This document shows positions 25,023 to 35,654 of a stretch of DNA of 64,000 nt, in pieces (within the stretch, counting starts at the first letter, position 1; every line of letters starts with the position of its first letter). The notes beneath the pieces were generated by a model. It ran no database searches. It saw nothing but the letters and a program-made list of their open reading frames with translations, and had not been told where the DNA came from. The stretch comes from Blepharisma stoltei ATCC 30299. Taxonomy: Eukaryota; Protista; Ciliophora. The stretch is taken from the NCBI GenBank assembly GCA_965603825.1, contig CBFDEM010000040.1, positions 62,001-126,000 of the forward strand. Reading direction: 5' to 3'. Position numbers and translations under genes: made by a program.

Positions 25023-25069
25023 CCTGATTATTTGACGATTTTTCCTTATTAATTTTAGTGAATTATATA

Positions 25070-25957
25070 TTAAGCGTGAGAGGACATCTGATTATAATAG
25101 TCTTCATCAAATCGAGACATTTCAGTTTGCTGCGGATTTTCAAGATATAAAAGATCTCCGAAATCTATGCAGCATTTGGTTAAGACGAGTTTAAACATCT
25201 CGCATAGCCTTTCCTTTTTTTCTTCTCTTCTTGTTTTAAATTTCGCATGGCCTATGTCTCCTAGGATAAGTGGGCCATTTTCACCGACACTGGGTTGATA
25301 ATTGCTTAAGTATCTTTCATTAGCTTTGGAATTGAGTGTTAAAAACACCTTAGGGTTCTGCGCTTGAATCATTCTTAAAATCAGCTCAAATCGATGCACA
25401 ACTTCTGCTTCAAATTCTTTCCGTTTCTTATCTATTCTGTGCAGAACATAATATGGCTCTTTTCTGTCTTGAGGAAAGTCTTTCCATTTTGATGTAAATT
25501 TATGGAGCTTTAACTTCTCTGTCTTATTTTTTGTCATTTCAAAAGACACAAAAAACCCAAAAGCAGCTCGGACTCTTCTTGCTTTATACTTGCTAGCTGA
25601 TAAAATGTCTTTAGGGTTTTGTGACTCAATTTTCTTTTCTTCGTTTTTCATTCTCTGTTGGTTGATTTCTTGAGCTTTTAAGCGAAAATGGACTTTTTCT
25701 TCTTCAGTTATTTGAGCCCATCTGCTTGGAGCTGATTTTATTTGTTCCTGATCTCCTCCTCCACAAAATTCTCTTAGAAAAATCGAATATGGATTTTCAA
25801 GTGAAATTTTTCTTTTTTTATAGTCATGCTTCACGTTATTATACGCGATTTTTAATAAATTCATTGGATGGGCGTATAGGACTTTTGAGGAAACAGGGCC
25901 AATACCAATAATTTCTACGTTCTCGAATGTAGGATGAGTGAGATTTTCAAAAATCAT
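25070..25957 (-). CDS. HMG-box protein (two degenerate HMG boxes)
   Basis: NPYSIFLRE...RWAQITEEEKVHF and AAFGFFV...KWKDFPQDRKEPY. Confidence 0.75.
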   Translation of the reverse strand: MIFENLTHPTFENVEIIGIGPVSSKVLYAHPMNLLKIAYNNVKHDYKKRKISLENPYSIFLREFCGGGDQEQIKSAPSRWAQITEEEKVHFRLKAQEINQQRMKNEEKKIESQNPKDILSASKYKARRVRAAFGFFVSFEMTKNKTEKLKLHKFTSKWKDFPQDRKEPYYVLHRIDKKRKEFEAEVVHRFELILRMIQAQNPKVFLTLNSKANERYLSNYQPSVGENGPLILGDIGHAKFKTRREEKKERLCEMFKLVLTKCCIDFGDLLYLENPQQTEMSRFDEDYYNQMSSHA

Positions 25958-25977
25958 TTTTATATAAGTTATATTAA

Positions 25978-27519
25978 ATGGAAGCTGAAAATTTTAAGAT
26001 ACAGGTGAGCGATATTGATAGCTTATCAGAAATTGATACAAAGCGAGATTCTATTGAAAAAGCTCCAAATGTAGAAAAATGACTTGGAGGCCTTCGTGGC
26101 GACCGAACCTGCATTTCTGAATCTTTTGATCAGTCTGAAAGAGATTTTCCTTCTCATTCTCCAACTGCAGCTATTTCTAATGATCCTTTCCGCCTAAATA
26201 ATCAACCAACTTCACAGAGCCAATATAGCCCTCAAAATCAGCCTCCACTTCAGCCAGATCAAATTAAAAACATACTGTTAAGCCAAGCAAAAGCATTAGA
26301 GGAAGCTTTATATGCAATGAAAATGCAGCAATCTCAAGGAAATCATCAATATTTCCCTTCTTCAGTTTCATTGCCGACTTCAAATCAAGGCTCTAGATGC
26401 ATTTCTCCAGAAAATACTATGCGGCAAGGTTATTGACCTTATCACTTGCATCATCAGCCTTATCAATTTTTACCTCAAAATCCTTATAATTACTCACAAA
26501 ATCAAATAATTCCTCCTCAAATGCCTGCATATCCCCAAAACACTTTTAATGCCCCTTATCAGAATTCAAGCCTATTGCAGCAAGCAGAAATTTTAGAAAA
26601 CGCAATTCAAGCTGCCAAATCCCAAGCTTCAGGGCTAAATCCACAATTTCCTTATTTCCTTCCACAAAGTTATAATCACCAAACTGCATATTCCTCGCCC
26701 TTATCTTATAACAATAGAGGTATTGGAGATTTATATGAAAATAGACAATCTGAGCTTCAAAGGGATTTACAAATAAATCAAAAGAATTTAGCTGCGATTG
26801 AAAGGGAAAAAGAAATACTCGAAACAGAGCTAAATTCTGCAATCCAAAGAGAATCCTCAACAGCTTTGATGCTGCAGCAAATAAAACTTGATTTAAAAAT
26901 CCTTGAAACCCAATTCCTAGACTGCCAGTACAGATTTAACACAGAAATTGACAATTTAAAAGAAAAAAACAGTCAAATTTTAAATAAATTAGAAGAAATT
27001 AACGCATTTTCAAGAAAATCAGTAAGCAGCTATAGCCCAGAGCCTATAATACATCATGAAAAAAGCTACAGTGGGGCGAATAATAATTTTTATAACGAAA
27101 AAAAAATTGGAGAAATTTCTCCAAAAAATCGAGGCTATGTCCCAGTCAGAACCCAAGAAAACCAAAGCGAAAATATTATAAACGTGCTAAGGTGGGAAGA
27201 AAATGAGAAAAAAACGCCAGAGCCAAAGCCTATATATGACCAGCATCAAAACAGCAACTGAGGCGACCCTCAGAAAATCAAACAAATAAGGCAGCAGTCA
27301 GAATCTTTGCAGAACAAAAATATCGACACAATTATAAAAAATATAGAAAATAAATTAAGACTGTTAAGAGAAGACAAAGAAAAAGCCCAAACTAAATTTT
27401 ACACTGCAGAAAGGGCAGGAAATACAAGTAAAATGCGAGAAATGTCATTAGAGCTTGGCATTATTGAATCAAACATCACCAGTCTTGTAAAAAAACTAAA
27501 TACCTATTCTTCAGCTTAA
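25978..27519 (+). CDS. Q/P-rich coiled-coil protein with MPHOSPH9-like C-terminal helical hairpin (~513 aa)
   Basis: ATG 25978; open through TGAs at 26080, 26434 and 27259 to TAA 27519. The C-terminus resembles that of the gene at 51186. Confidence 0.72.
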
Positions 27520-27531
27520 TTTTTACTATAA

Positions 27532-30500
27532 TTAATTATCCTTATTTTCTTTCTCTTTTTTGATCAGTTCTAATATTTTTTGCGTTTTTTTCGCGTTTTG
27601 ACTCATTAGTTCTTCTCTGTCTTTTATCCTCTTATTAAAAGCTCCAAAAAACTGCATGGTACTATGGTGGGATTTTTCAAGGGATTTTTTAAGCAGGGTA
27701 AGTTTGCCTTCCCAAGACAAGTCTTCTTCTTTTTCATATTCTTTGGCGACCTGGATATATTGTTTATGTGTTTTTCTGCGTCTTCAAAACATAAGGTTCT
27801 CTACTTCTATATTTAAAAAAATTAATTCTTTGACGTCTGAAGATAAGCAATCAGACTGCACTTGTTCATAGACATCAGTGATAATAGAAATTAAGATGGT
27901 CATCATAATGATAGGGTTAATGATAATTCCTAAGGTACATACAGTAAGCTCAATTAATTCGTTCCCAAAATCAAAATTCCCGAAAACCAAGTTATAAGAG
28001 GTTCTTACATTTCCCATTAAATCAGGAATCTCCATTTTCCTTTGCAGCACTATGAAAATAAAGCAAAAAGAAGCCATTGAATAAAATAGCAAAATGATGT
28101 ACCCTGACATTCCGTTCAGTACGCTTATCAAAAGATTAATAAAATATCGCGTCGTTTTAAATAGTCTAAAATACGCAATCCCTCTGGCTCAGCTTAAAAA
28201 AGTGACTATTGCAAAGACAGACGGCATAAGCTCTGGATATACATAATATCATTCCATATACTCATAAAGCAAAAGCATGCACCCTCTAAACCAATCCACA
28301 TAATTCCATACATATGTAAAATAATATTTCCCTGAAACCGCCATCAAAAACAGCTCAAACACATTCAGCAATGTATTCATAATAAATAGTGTCAATTGAA
28401 AATATCGATTTCCCATAAAATAAGCTGTATAAACTGACAGTGTAATTAAATATGAATAATACATAAAGCCTTGGTACATAAGTGGGTATTGGGCAGTTTG
28501 CCATTTATAATGGACTACATCAAGGACCAGCGGAGTCTTAAAGACCTCATTATTTTTGCAGCGGGACAAGCTTTGTAAGAAATCCAAGCTTTGTCTTGAC
28601 CCCATAGTAAAATTCAGCCTTATATAGCATTCTTTGAAAATCATAGAAGTCCCTTGGTTGCTTATGTCGTTCACATCAAAAAAGTTAGAAACTTTGATTC
28701 TGGGGGTGTCTGAAATATAAGTTATAGGGAAAACCACATAGGTTTCACAGAACTTAGGCAGACTTTTCCTTTGGGTTTCTTGGTACAGCACTTCATAAAG
28801 GTCGTTTAAAGCTCCGAAGCCTTGCTTGTTCATTTTATTGAGCTCATTTTCGACTATTTGTAAAATAAAAGGGTTGTGCTTGCCGACTGCACAAAAACAT
28901 TTGACAAACTCGTCTCTCAGCCCTTTGAAATCTTTGTGTAAAGCTATAGAAAGAGGGTAAAAGCCTTGGTTGGTCTTGATGATGGCTGCAGAATTGCTGA
29001 GAGCTCTTCCAATATATTCTTTAAGGTTAAGCAGAGAATAAATGTGAAGAGTGTTCATGTAATAAGGCAAAATAAGAAAACTGTCGTGCAGATTTTCATA
29101 TGTAGGGTGCTTGTCAGTCAAGATGTCTCGCATATATGAAAAGTATTCTTGAATTTTTTCTATAGGCCCTGCAATAGAAAGGACTTGGGACGATAAAGGA
29201 TTTTCTTGAAAATTTATATGCTGCTTTTCACCTGTCGCAAGGTAATTTTCATCTGACGAAATCACTAATGAATAAATAGGAGATTTGTGAGTAAAATATG
29301 ACACAGTTTCACGATACAGCAGAGAAATCACAAAAATTTTAGCATCAGTGCCGGCAGTCAGCATAGTGTCGTTATTTCTTAAAATCAAAATCTGGGTGAC
29401 AACCCCTGCGTGGACAGTAAATTTTGACTCAAGCCATTTTTCATCAATATTCCACACTTTTACAATCCCTACCATACCTCCTGTAATAATAAGATTATCA
29501 TCTTGAGAAATTGCTATAGAGTTAACAGGCTCTTGTGCATGAATTACTCCATTCTCCACAGCATTTTCTGTATCCCACTCTATAACTGTTTTATCGCTGC
29601 TTCCTGAATATATTCTTTTTCCGTTATGGCTAATACAAATGCATCAGATACTTTGGTTGTGCCCTCTTAGCTGGATACTTTCAGTCCCTTCCAATTTCCA
29701 TATGCAGACTACAGAGTCCCCGCCTCCAGTCACCAAATAGTCACTTTTTGGGGAAAAACACAAATCTCTCATCAAGCCTCTATGAGCTTGGATTTTATGA
29801 TAAATTTCGAACGTAAATGGGTTAAAAAGATAAAGAATCCCTAGCTCATCCCCGACAGCGCCATATTTTTCGTCTTGGGAAACACAGATTTTTAATCCAG
29901 CGCCCTGTGTGATAAATTCATTTGTAGGGTTTCCACATTTGTCCCATCTTCTGACAATTTTATCAGTCCCACAGGACAAGAGGGATTTTGTGTCAGGGAC
30001 AAAGGTGACGGAGTTATAGTCAGTGCTGGAGCTTGCTTTATATAAATAATCTTCTTGGAATACAGGGAATTTCCAGACTTTAAACATAGTGTCGTCTCCA
30101 CAAGAAAAAATATTGCTTCGGTCAGCTGAAAAAATTACTGATCTTACTACTCCTTTGTGGCCTGAAAGGGTTTGCTCTCGTCTTTCTTGGTCTAGGTCTC
30201 ATATTTTGACAGAAAAATCATCAGAACTTGTAGCGAGAAATGCGCCATCTGGGCTAAAACTTAGCGATCTGACTGGAGCGGCATGCTGGCCAAGTTTTTT
30301 CACTAGGGCATTTTCAGGGATTTTTCATAACAAAACGTTATTATCAGCACCTCCAGACGCTAAATATTCAGAATTCGGATCAATTGCTAACGAAATTACA
30401 GTCGCAGAATGATGGTTTAGCTGAGCAACTTCAGTTTTGGAATTTAAGTTGTAAACTTTAATTACACAGCCATCTCCACTTATATAAAGTCAATAATCGT

Positions 30501-31095
30501 CGTAGCTTACTACTAGATCAGTAATATTCCCAAGGTTCGAGATCACAAGGTTATCAGGCTTCAAGCTTTTTATGCTTATTCGCTTGATTACCCCGCTTGT
30601 ATCTCCTGAATAGCATAAGCCATCATTTAGATAAATTTTCGCAATATTAGCGCTATGCCCTTTAAATTCGTATTCTAGCTCAAAGTCAGGGATTGTATAA
30701 ACTCGTAAAATAGGACTATCTCCACAAATTACGGCTCTGCTTAGGTTGTGATCTATAATAAGAGTATTTAATGAGTTTATATGCAGATTGACGTCATTCA
30801 CTATTTTGCATTCTTCGTAATTAAAGCAAGTCACACTTCCTTTATTGCTAGCGAAATATACATTTGCATCATCACTTGAAAGAGAGATCGAAGTCACTTG
30901 ATTTGAAGCAGAAATAGAGTTTTCAGCGTTATTGATGATATAAGTACTAATTTCCTCCATCAATGCATTCAGTTTTATCTGAGGCTTTGTGAGCCTTTTT
31001 TTCCTTCTTGATTTCCTAATTACAGTTTTTGCTTGGCTATCCCCAAAAATTCAAGACATAAATCCTCCTGGTTTCTCAGTTTTTTGGGTTTCCAT
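27532..31095 (-). CDS. WD40-repeat / TRP-like 6-TM cation channel fusion (~1187 aa)
   Basis: Five ORF fragments are joined in one frame by 8 TGAs (31051, 30490, 30325, 30199, 29644, 28249, 28189, 27784). GH...WD repeats, then YKW, S1-S6 with WNYVD and FLSWARGIAYFRLF, pore SYNLVFGNFD, and a coiled-coil tail. Confidence 0.85.
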
Positions 31096-31157
31096 AATAT
31101 TAAGCTCCACTGTTAATTTATTTCTATTTTTAGCACCTATTGCATTCCTGATTTATA

Positions 31158-31661
31158 ATGGAATTTACATTTGAGCTTTTCCCAGAATACACTCTCTACC
31201 TCCAGCTCTACATAAACCTCACAAATTCCTCTGAACTCCGTGCTAACGTGCGTAACTTTGACTGTGCTTTTATCAACCCCAGCCTAATTACATCAATAAA
31301 GCACATCCTGGTCGCTGCTAACCGTGCTATTTCTGGAGTAAAAACCAATACCAAAAAAACTGACTCAATTTATTCTGATCTTGTCTACTACTTATCACCC
31401 TCTTGCAATATCCGTAGCACTCTCAGCCAATTCGGAATCCAAGACTCCAGTACAAGCATAATAATTGCTTGCTTCGACCCTCAAACTTTGATTACCATGG
31501 ACTCTGCCATTTGTGGCTCCAAAGACTCATTAGACACTCTTGCCTCTTTTACCAATTTCAAAGAAATCCAAAGCATTTTCAAAATTTCTGACTCAGAGTT
31601 GTCAATTGACCACTCTTTTACCAATGCAGTATCATCCCGAATCGCATTAAAAGACTTATAA
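31158..31661 (+). CDS. CGI121: KEOPS complex subunit CGI-121/TPRKB
   Basis: FINPSLITSIKHILVAANRA, SDLVYYLSPSCNIRSTLSQFGI and C-terminal SRIALKDL. Confidence 0.9.
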   Translation: MEFTFELFPEYTLYLQLYINLTNSSELRANVRNFDCAFINPSLITSIKHILVAANRAISGVKTNTKKTDSIYSDLVYYLSPSCNIRSTLSQFGIQDSSTSIIIACFDPQTLITMDSAICGSKDSLDTLASFTNFKEIQSIFKISDSELSIDHSFTNAVSSRIALKDL

Positions 31662-31663
31662 AA

Positions 31664-34048
31664 TTATTTTTTCTTTTTAATTATTTTTCCTTTAACTTCT
31701 TCTTCACTTTCTTCTGACTCTTCAGCTGACTTTTCAGACTGGTCTGGGTCTTCGAATTCAGGGTCAAATTTATCTTTTTCCGCCCTGTCGCCTGTTTTTT
31801 TCTTTTTCTTTTTGGCAATTGAGGATTTGTGCATTAAATTGTAAGACTTGGTAAGCTGGGATTTTAGCTTGGTGGAAAGGTTTTTGTATTCTTCTTCATA
31901 GGTGGGGGTGCCGAATTGCAGCTGGATGAGGTGCTCTTTGAACATGTCAGGATTAAGATTGTATAAGAACATTTGGGAGACTGCTTCGTCTACACCATCA
32001 ATTTCGAGTTTTTTTAAGGGTTCCATGATTAAATGGTAGATAATAGGGATATAGTCGTTAAGGACACTTTCGTTGTCACCTGAAATATGCCCAGCCATGG
32101 TGGATCGGATGTTTCGAAGCATACGCTCGTTTTTGCGGGTGGTAGAAAACTTGCCGAACCACTCAGGAAAGCGGGGGAAGGGAACACCATTGCCGGTTAA
32201 TGCGCCAGGCTCTATAGCGGCGGCTTGGCCATAATGCTGAAGCAGAGATCATTCATTACCATTTCTCATTTGTCTAGATATTAAATCAGAAAATGCTATA
32301 GAGTCTGCAGCTTCAGCCATCCTATATATCGCAGTGCTGTCCATCGCGATAGCCGACAAGTAGTTTTCATGTATCAGCAGCGGTATTAAATCAAAATCCA
32401 CAAAAAAAAGGTCCATTTTTTCCCTATGTCTCAGCGTTTTTGTCTCCCTCCAATTCAGCAGCTTCGCCCCAGCGTCAAAATTCCCAATCATCGAAATAGG
32501 GTCCTTTGTGATTGATTTTAAGCCTTTTTTGGCCTGCATTGTATTCATAGTCGGGCTGTTTCTGCTTCACATTTCCATGACAGTGATTACTTGTCTTATA
32601 TCATTTCCACAGGATTCTACTACTTGCTCTAGGGCAGAAGAGTCTACGTTCATTCCTTCTTTATTTAAAATAGCTTGTATCCGCTTTACTATTTGAGATT
32701 TATTGGGTTTTTGGAACCTTATGTCATAGGAAATATTTCCAATGGATTTTAGCTTGCGGCTTTGCCGCTCATTGCAGATGCAGATTATAGGGATTTTGGT
32801 GACTTTTATGACTTCTAATAAAGCTCAGGCACCGCCACGATCACCTGCACACATCCCATCGACCTCGTCCATGATGAGGCAGGATTTTACGATGTTTCCT
32901 TTACGAGTTAAGCTATTGGAGTCACTGGTGCTTTTTAAGGGGTCTAAAATGGCTTTTCGGGAGCGGAAGTCGCTAGCGTTGGTTTCCATTACTTGGTACA
33001 TCAGACCTTTTGCTACAAGTCGGGCTGCTGTTGTTTTGCCGACGCCTGGAGGGCCTGAAATTAAGGCAGCCCTTGCATTTACATTGAGCTGAGGGTCGAA
33101 TCTTCCTCCTTTTACAGGTCTGATATCTTTTTTATTTTCTCTTAAAATCACGTCTGGTCAGTCTTTAAGCCAATTTACTAGTTTTTCAATAGCTTGGGTA
33201 TTTCCTACAATTTCTTTTAAAGTGCTAGGTTTATATTTGTCAGTCCACAGTTGGTTACCGACTGGTATCATAGGAGGTGGAATTGCGTCTGGAATGGTCA
33301 AGTTTGGCTGCTTATTTTCATTGGTAGGCTGAGGGCTCTGTAATTGTAAAGCAGCTTCATTGGCGCCTAATAAAAAGGACAGCATTTCTTGGAGCTCTTT
33401 TTCGTCAATAATTTTGATGCCGAATTCTTTGGCTGTTTTGTATTTTCTGCCTTCTGTGTAGTGACGACCGTCTTCAAGCTTTTGCCCATGGATTAGACAG
33501 GTAGTTTTTCGGCTGACTGAGCCTGTGACTCTTGATCCGTAACTTCTTAACAGTTCAGTTAGTTCGTCTCTTTCTATTGTAGAAATAATGCCAGTAATCA
33601 CGATTGTTTGACCAGTTAATGGTCCTGGCTTTATGTCTTGGTTTTTTTTTTGGACTTTGGTGCCTGTTACTTTTTGGGTTTTTGCCTGGGATTCACCATG
33701 TTTTTTTATATCACGAAGATTTTCAGGGATTTTGTAGGAGGGTTTAGAGATGACGGTTTTTCGTTTGGAAAGAAAATCTGGGGGAGGCTTTATGAGGGAA
33801 ATTTTGGGAGGAGAAATTTCTTTAGGCATGTCGTCGTCGGAATCTTGCATGGCGAGATCGAGAGAATCAAAAGCAGATTTTGAAGATTCTTGGGAAATTT
33901 TGGGGTCTTCTATGAGAGAGACTTCTATTTTTTGCTTTTTTTCAGGAGGCTTGGCAGGCTTGACAGGCTTGGAGGGTTGCAGTCGTTTTTTTGGAGTGGA
34001 TTTTTGGGATGATGAAGATGCTGAAAAGTATTTAGATAAATCCCCCAT
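31664..34048 (-). CDS. RFC1: Replication factor C large subunit (~794 aa)
   Basis: BRCT domain (GSRVTGSVSRKT), LWTDKYKP, Walker A GPPGVGKTT, MDEVDGM and FPEWFGKFS. TGAs at 33158, 32825, 32567 and 32249. Confidence 0.95.
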
Positions 34049-34154
34049 TATTTAATATTTAAAATATATTTTAATGCGAATTAAATTATTTATAATAATT
34101 TTTCTTGATTTAAATAAAACTAAAATATAGCAAGGTAAAGAGTACAAAGTTTGA

Positions 34155-35456
34155 TTAGATCTGGGAAAAAGTAGACAATGATCGAAAAGGGTTGTTTGTA
34201 GAGTCTTCGGAGCTTCTTGAACTTCTTGATGTCAACATTTTTTCTGTCGATATTTGAGCTTTTATTAATTTTGGACTAATTATATTTAAACTGCTTAACT
34301 TTGGTTTTTGTGAAAAATTTCTTTGCTGAGGTTTAGGTGCTAGCGCAGATATTACTTTTGCAGCCATATCGACAGACCCTGATTTTTTGTGGGCTTTTGG
34401 TTGATTTTGCTTCATAAACTTAAATACTTTTTCAGCGAATTTCACCTTTTTTGATGTTTCATATTTCCCTACTTTTAATTTCGAAATTTCTTTGTCTTTT
34501 TCTTTTATTTCTTCATCGGCCGATTTAATTTGTTTTTCAATCTCTTTTTGTTTATTTTTTATATTTGGAATATCTTCTTCTTTAATAATTTTAGGTCGAT
34601 TTTCTAGACTTTTCTGCTCTTCTTTAATTAATTTTTCGACATTTTCAATCAAAGCTTGCAAATTTTCTCTTTTTTTAGTTAATTCGCTTAGTTCATCTTT
34701 TAATTTATTGCATTGTTTAGTTTCTTCTGTACTAAATTTTTCGGATTTGCTAAGAGCTTCTTTTTTTGCTTTTAATTCTTGCTGCAGTTTTGCGATTAAA
34801 TTTTCTTTTTCTTCAATATTACTTTCTATTTCTTTGTTAATATTCTTAGTTGGGTCGTCTATTGTAAGTCCTTGAGTAATATTTGAGTATTCTTCACGAA
34901 ACTCATTGCGTTCCCTTTCTATTAAATCTAACTTTTCTTTTATGTTGTCATTTTTTTCTTCTAAATTAAAACTCTTTTTCATAAGATTATAAATCTTTGG
35001 GTTGGCTTTTTTGGCATGCTCAAGGGCCATTAATTCAGCTTTTTTTCTTAGTGCTTTTCTCTTACTCTGAAGGTCCTTTTTAGCATCCTTTAACTCATTG
35101 ATTTTATCCTCAAACTCACTGATTTTATCTTTTAGGCTGGAATTAAGAATTGCTGATAAATTATTATCATTTTCATTTTTCTTAATAAGCCACTGCTTTT
35201 CTGCATTCAGTTTTCGATTCATTTCTTTTTCTATTAAGATTTCATTGTTTAATCTTTTTATTTCTACATATGATGCTTCGATGTCTTCGTCATTTGATAA
35301 TTCATAACTGTAAATTTCTATAACCTCATCAATTTTATTTTCCTCAGAAATTTCAGGTTTTAATTCATTTAATTTTGATTGCAAAGTCAAAATTGATTTT
35401 TTCATAATTCCTAAGGTATGCTCGTATTGGCTTAATAACTCTTCTTGATAGTCCAT
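34155..35456 (-). CDS. Coiled-coil protein of unknown function (433 aa)
   Basis: Uninterrupted E/K-rich heptad ORF. Confidence 0.75.
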   Translation of the reverse strand: MDYQEELLSQYEHTLGIMKKSILTLQSKLNELKPEISEENKIDEVIEIYSYELSNDEDIEASYVEIKRLNNEILIEKEMNRKLNAEKQWLIKKNENDNNLSAILNSSLKDKISEFEDKINELKDAKKDLQSKRKALRKKAELMALEHAKKANPKIYNLMKKSFNLEEKNDNIKEKLDLIERERNEFREEYSNITQGLTIDDPTKNINKEIESNIEEKENLIAKLQQELKAKKEALSKSEKFSTEETKQCNKLKDELSELTKKRENLQALIENVEKLIKEEQKSLENRPKIIKEEDIPNIKNKQKEIEKQIKSADEEIKEKDKEISKLKVGKYETSKKVKFAEKVFKFMKQNQPKAHKKSGSVDMAAKVISALAPKPQQRNFSQKPKLSSLNIISPKLIKAQISTEKMLTSRSSRSSEDSTNNPFRSLSTFSQI

Positions 35457-35654
35457 TTTGTTTAATTAAAAGACTTTAATTTATCAAATTAATAACACTT
35501 AATTTGCCTTAAAATTAGGCTAATTATAACCTGTAATACAAACTCAAGCTATTTAAATCTTAAACTTAAATTGTATAAATTACCTTTAATATCTCAAAGC
35601 TAATTTAAAAGTTTTTGACTAAACATAACAAAAATAGTTAAACAAGCTAATAAT

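Noticed and set aside
19973-34048. Fragmented SF3B3, RFC1 and other genes as pseudogenes
   Set aside because: Breaks are exclusively in-frame TGA or consensus 15-nt introns, with no frameshifts, and the genes are essential with intact motifs.
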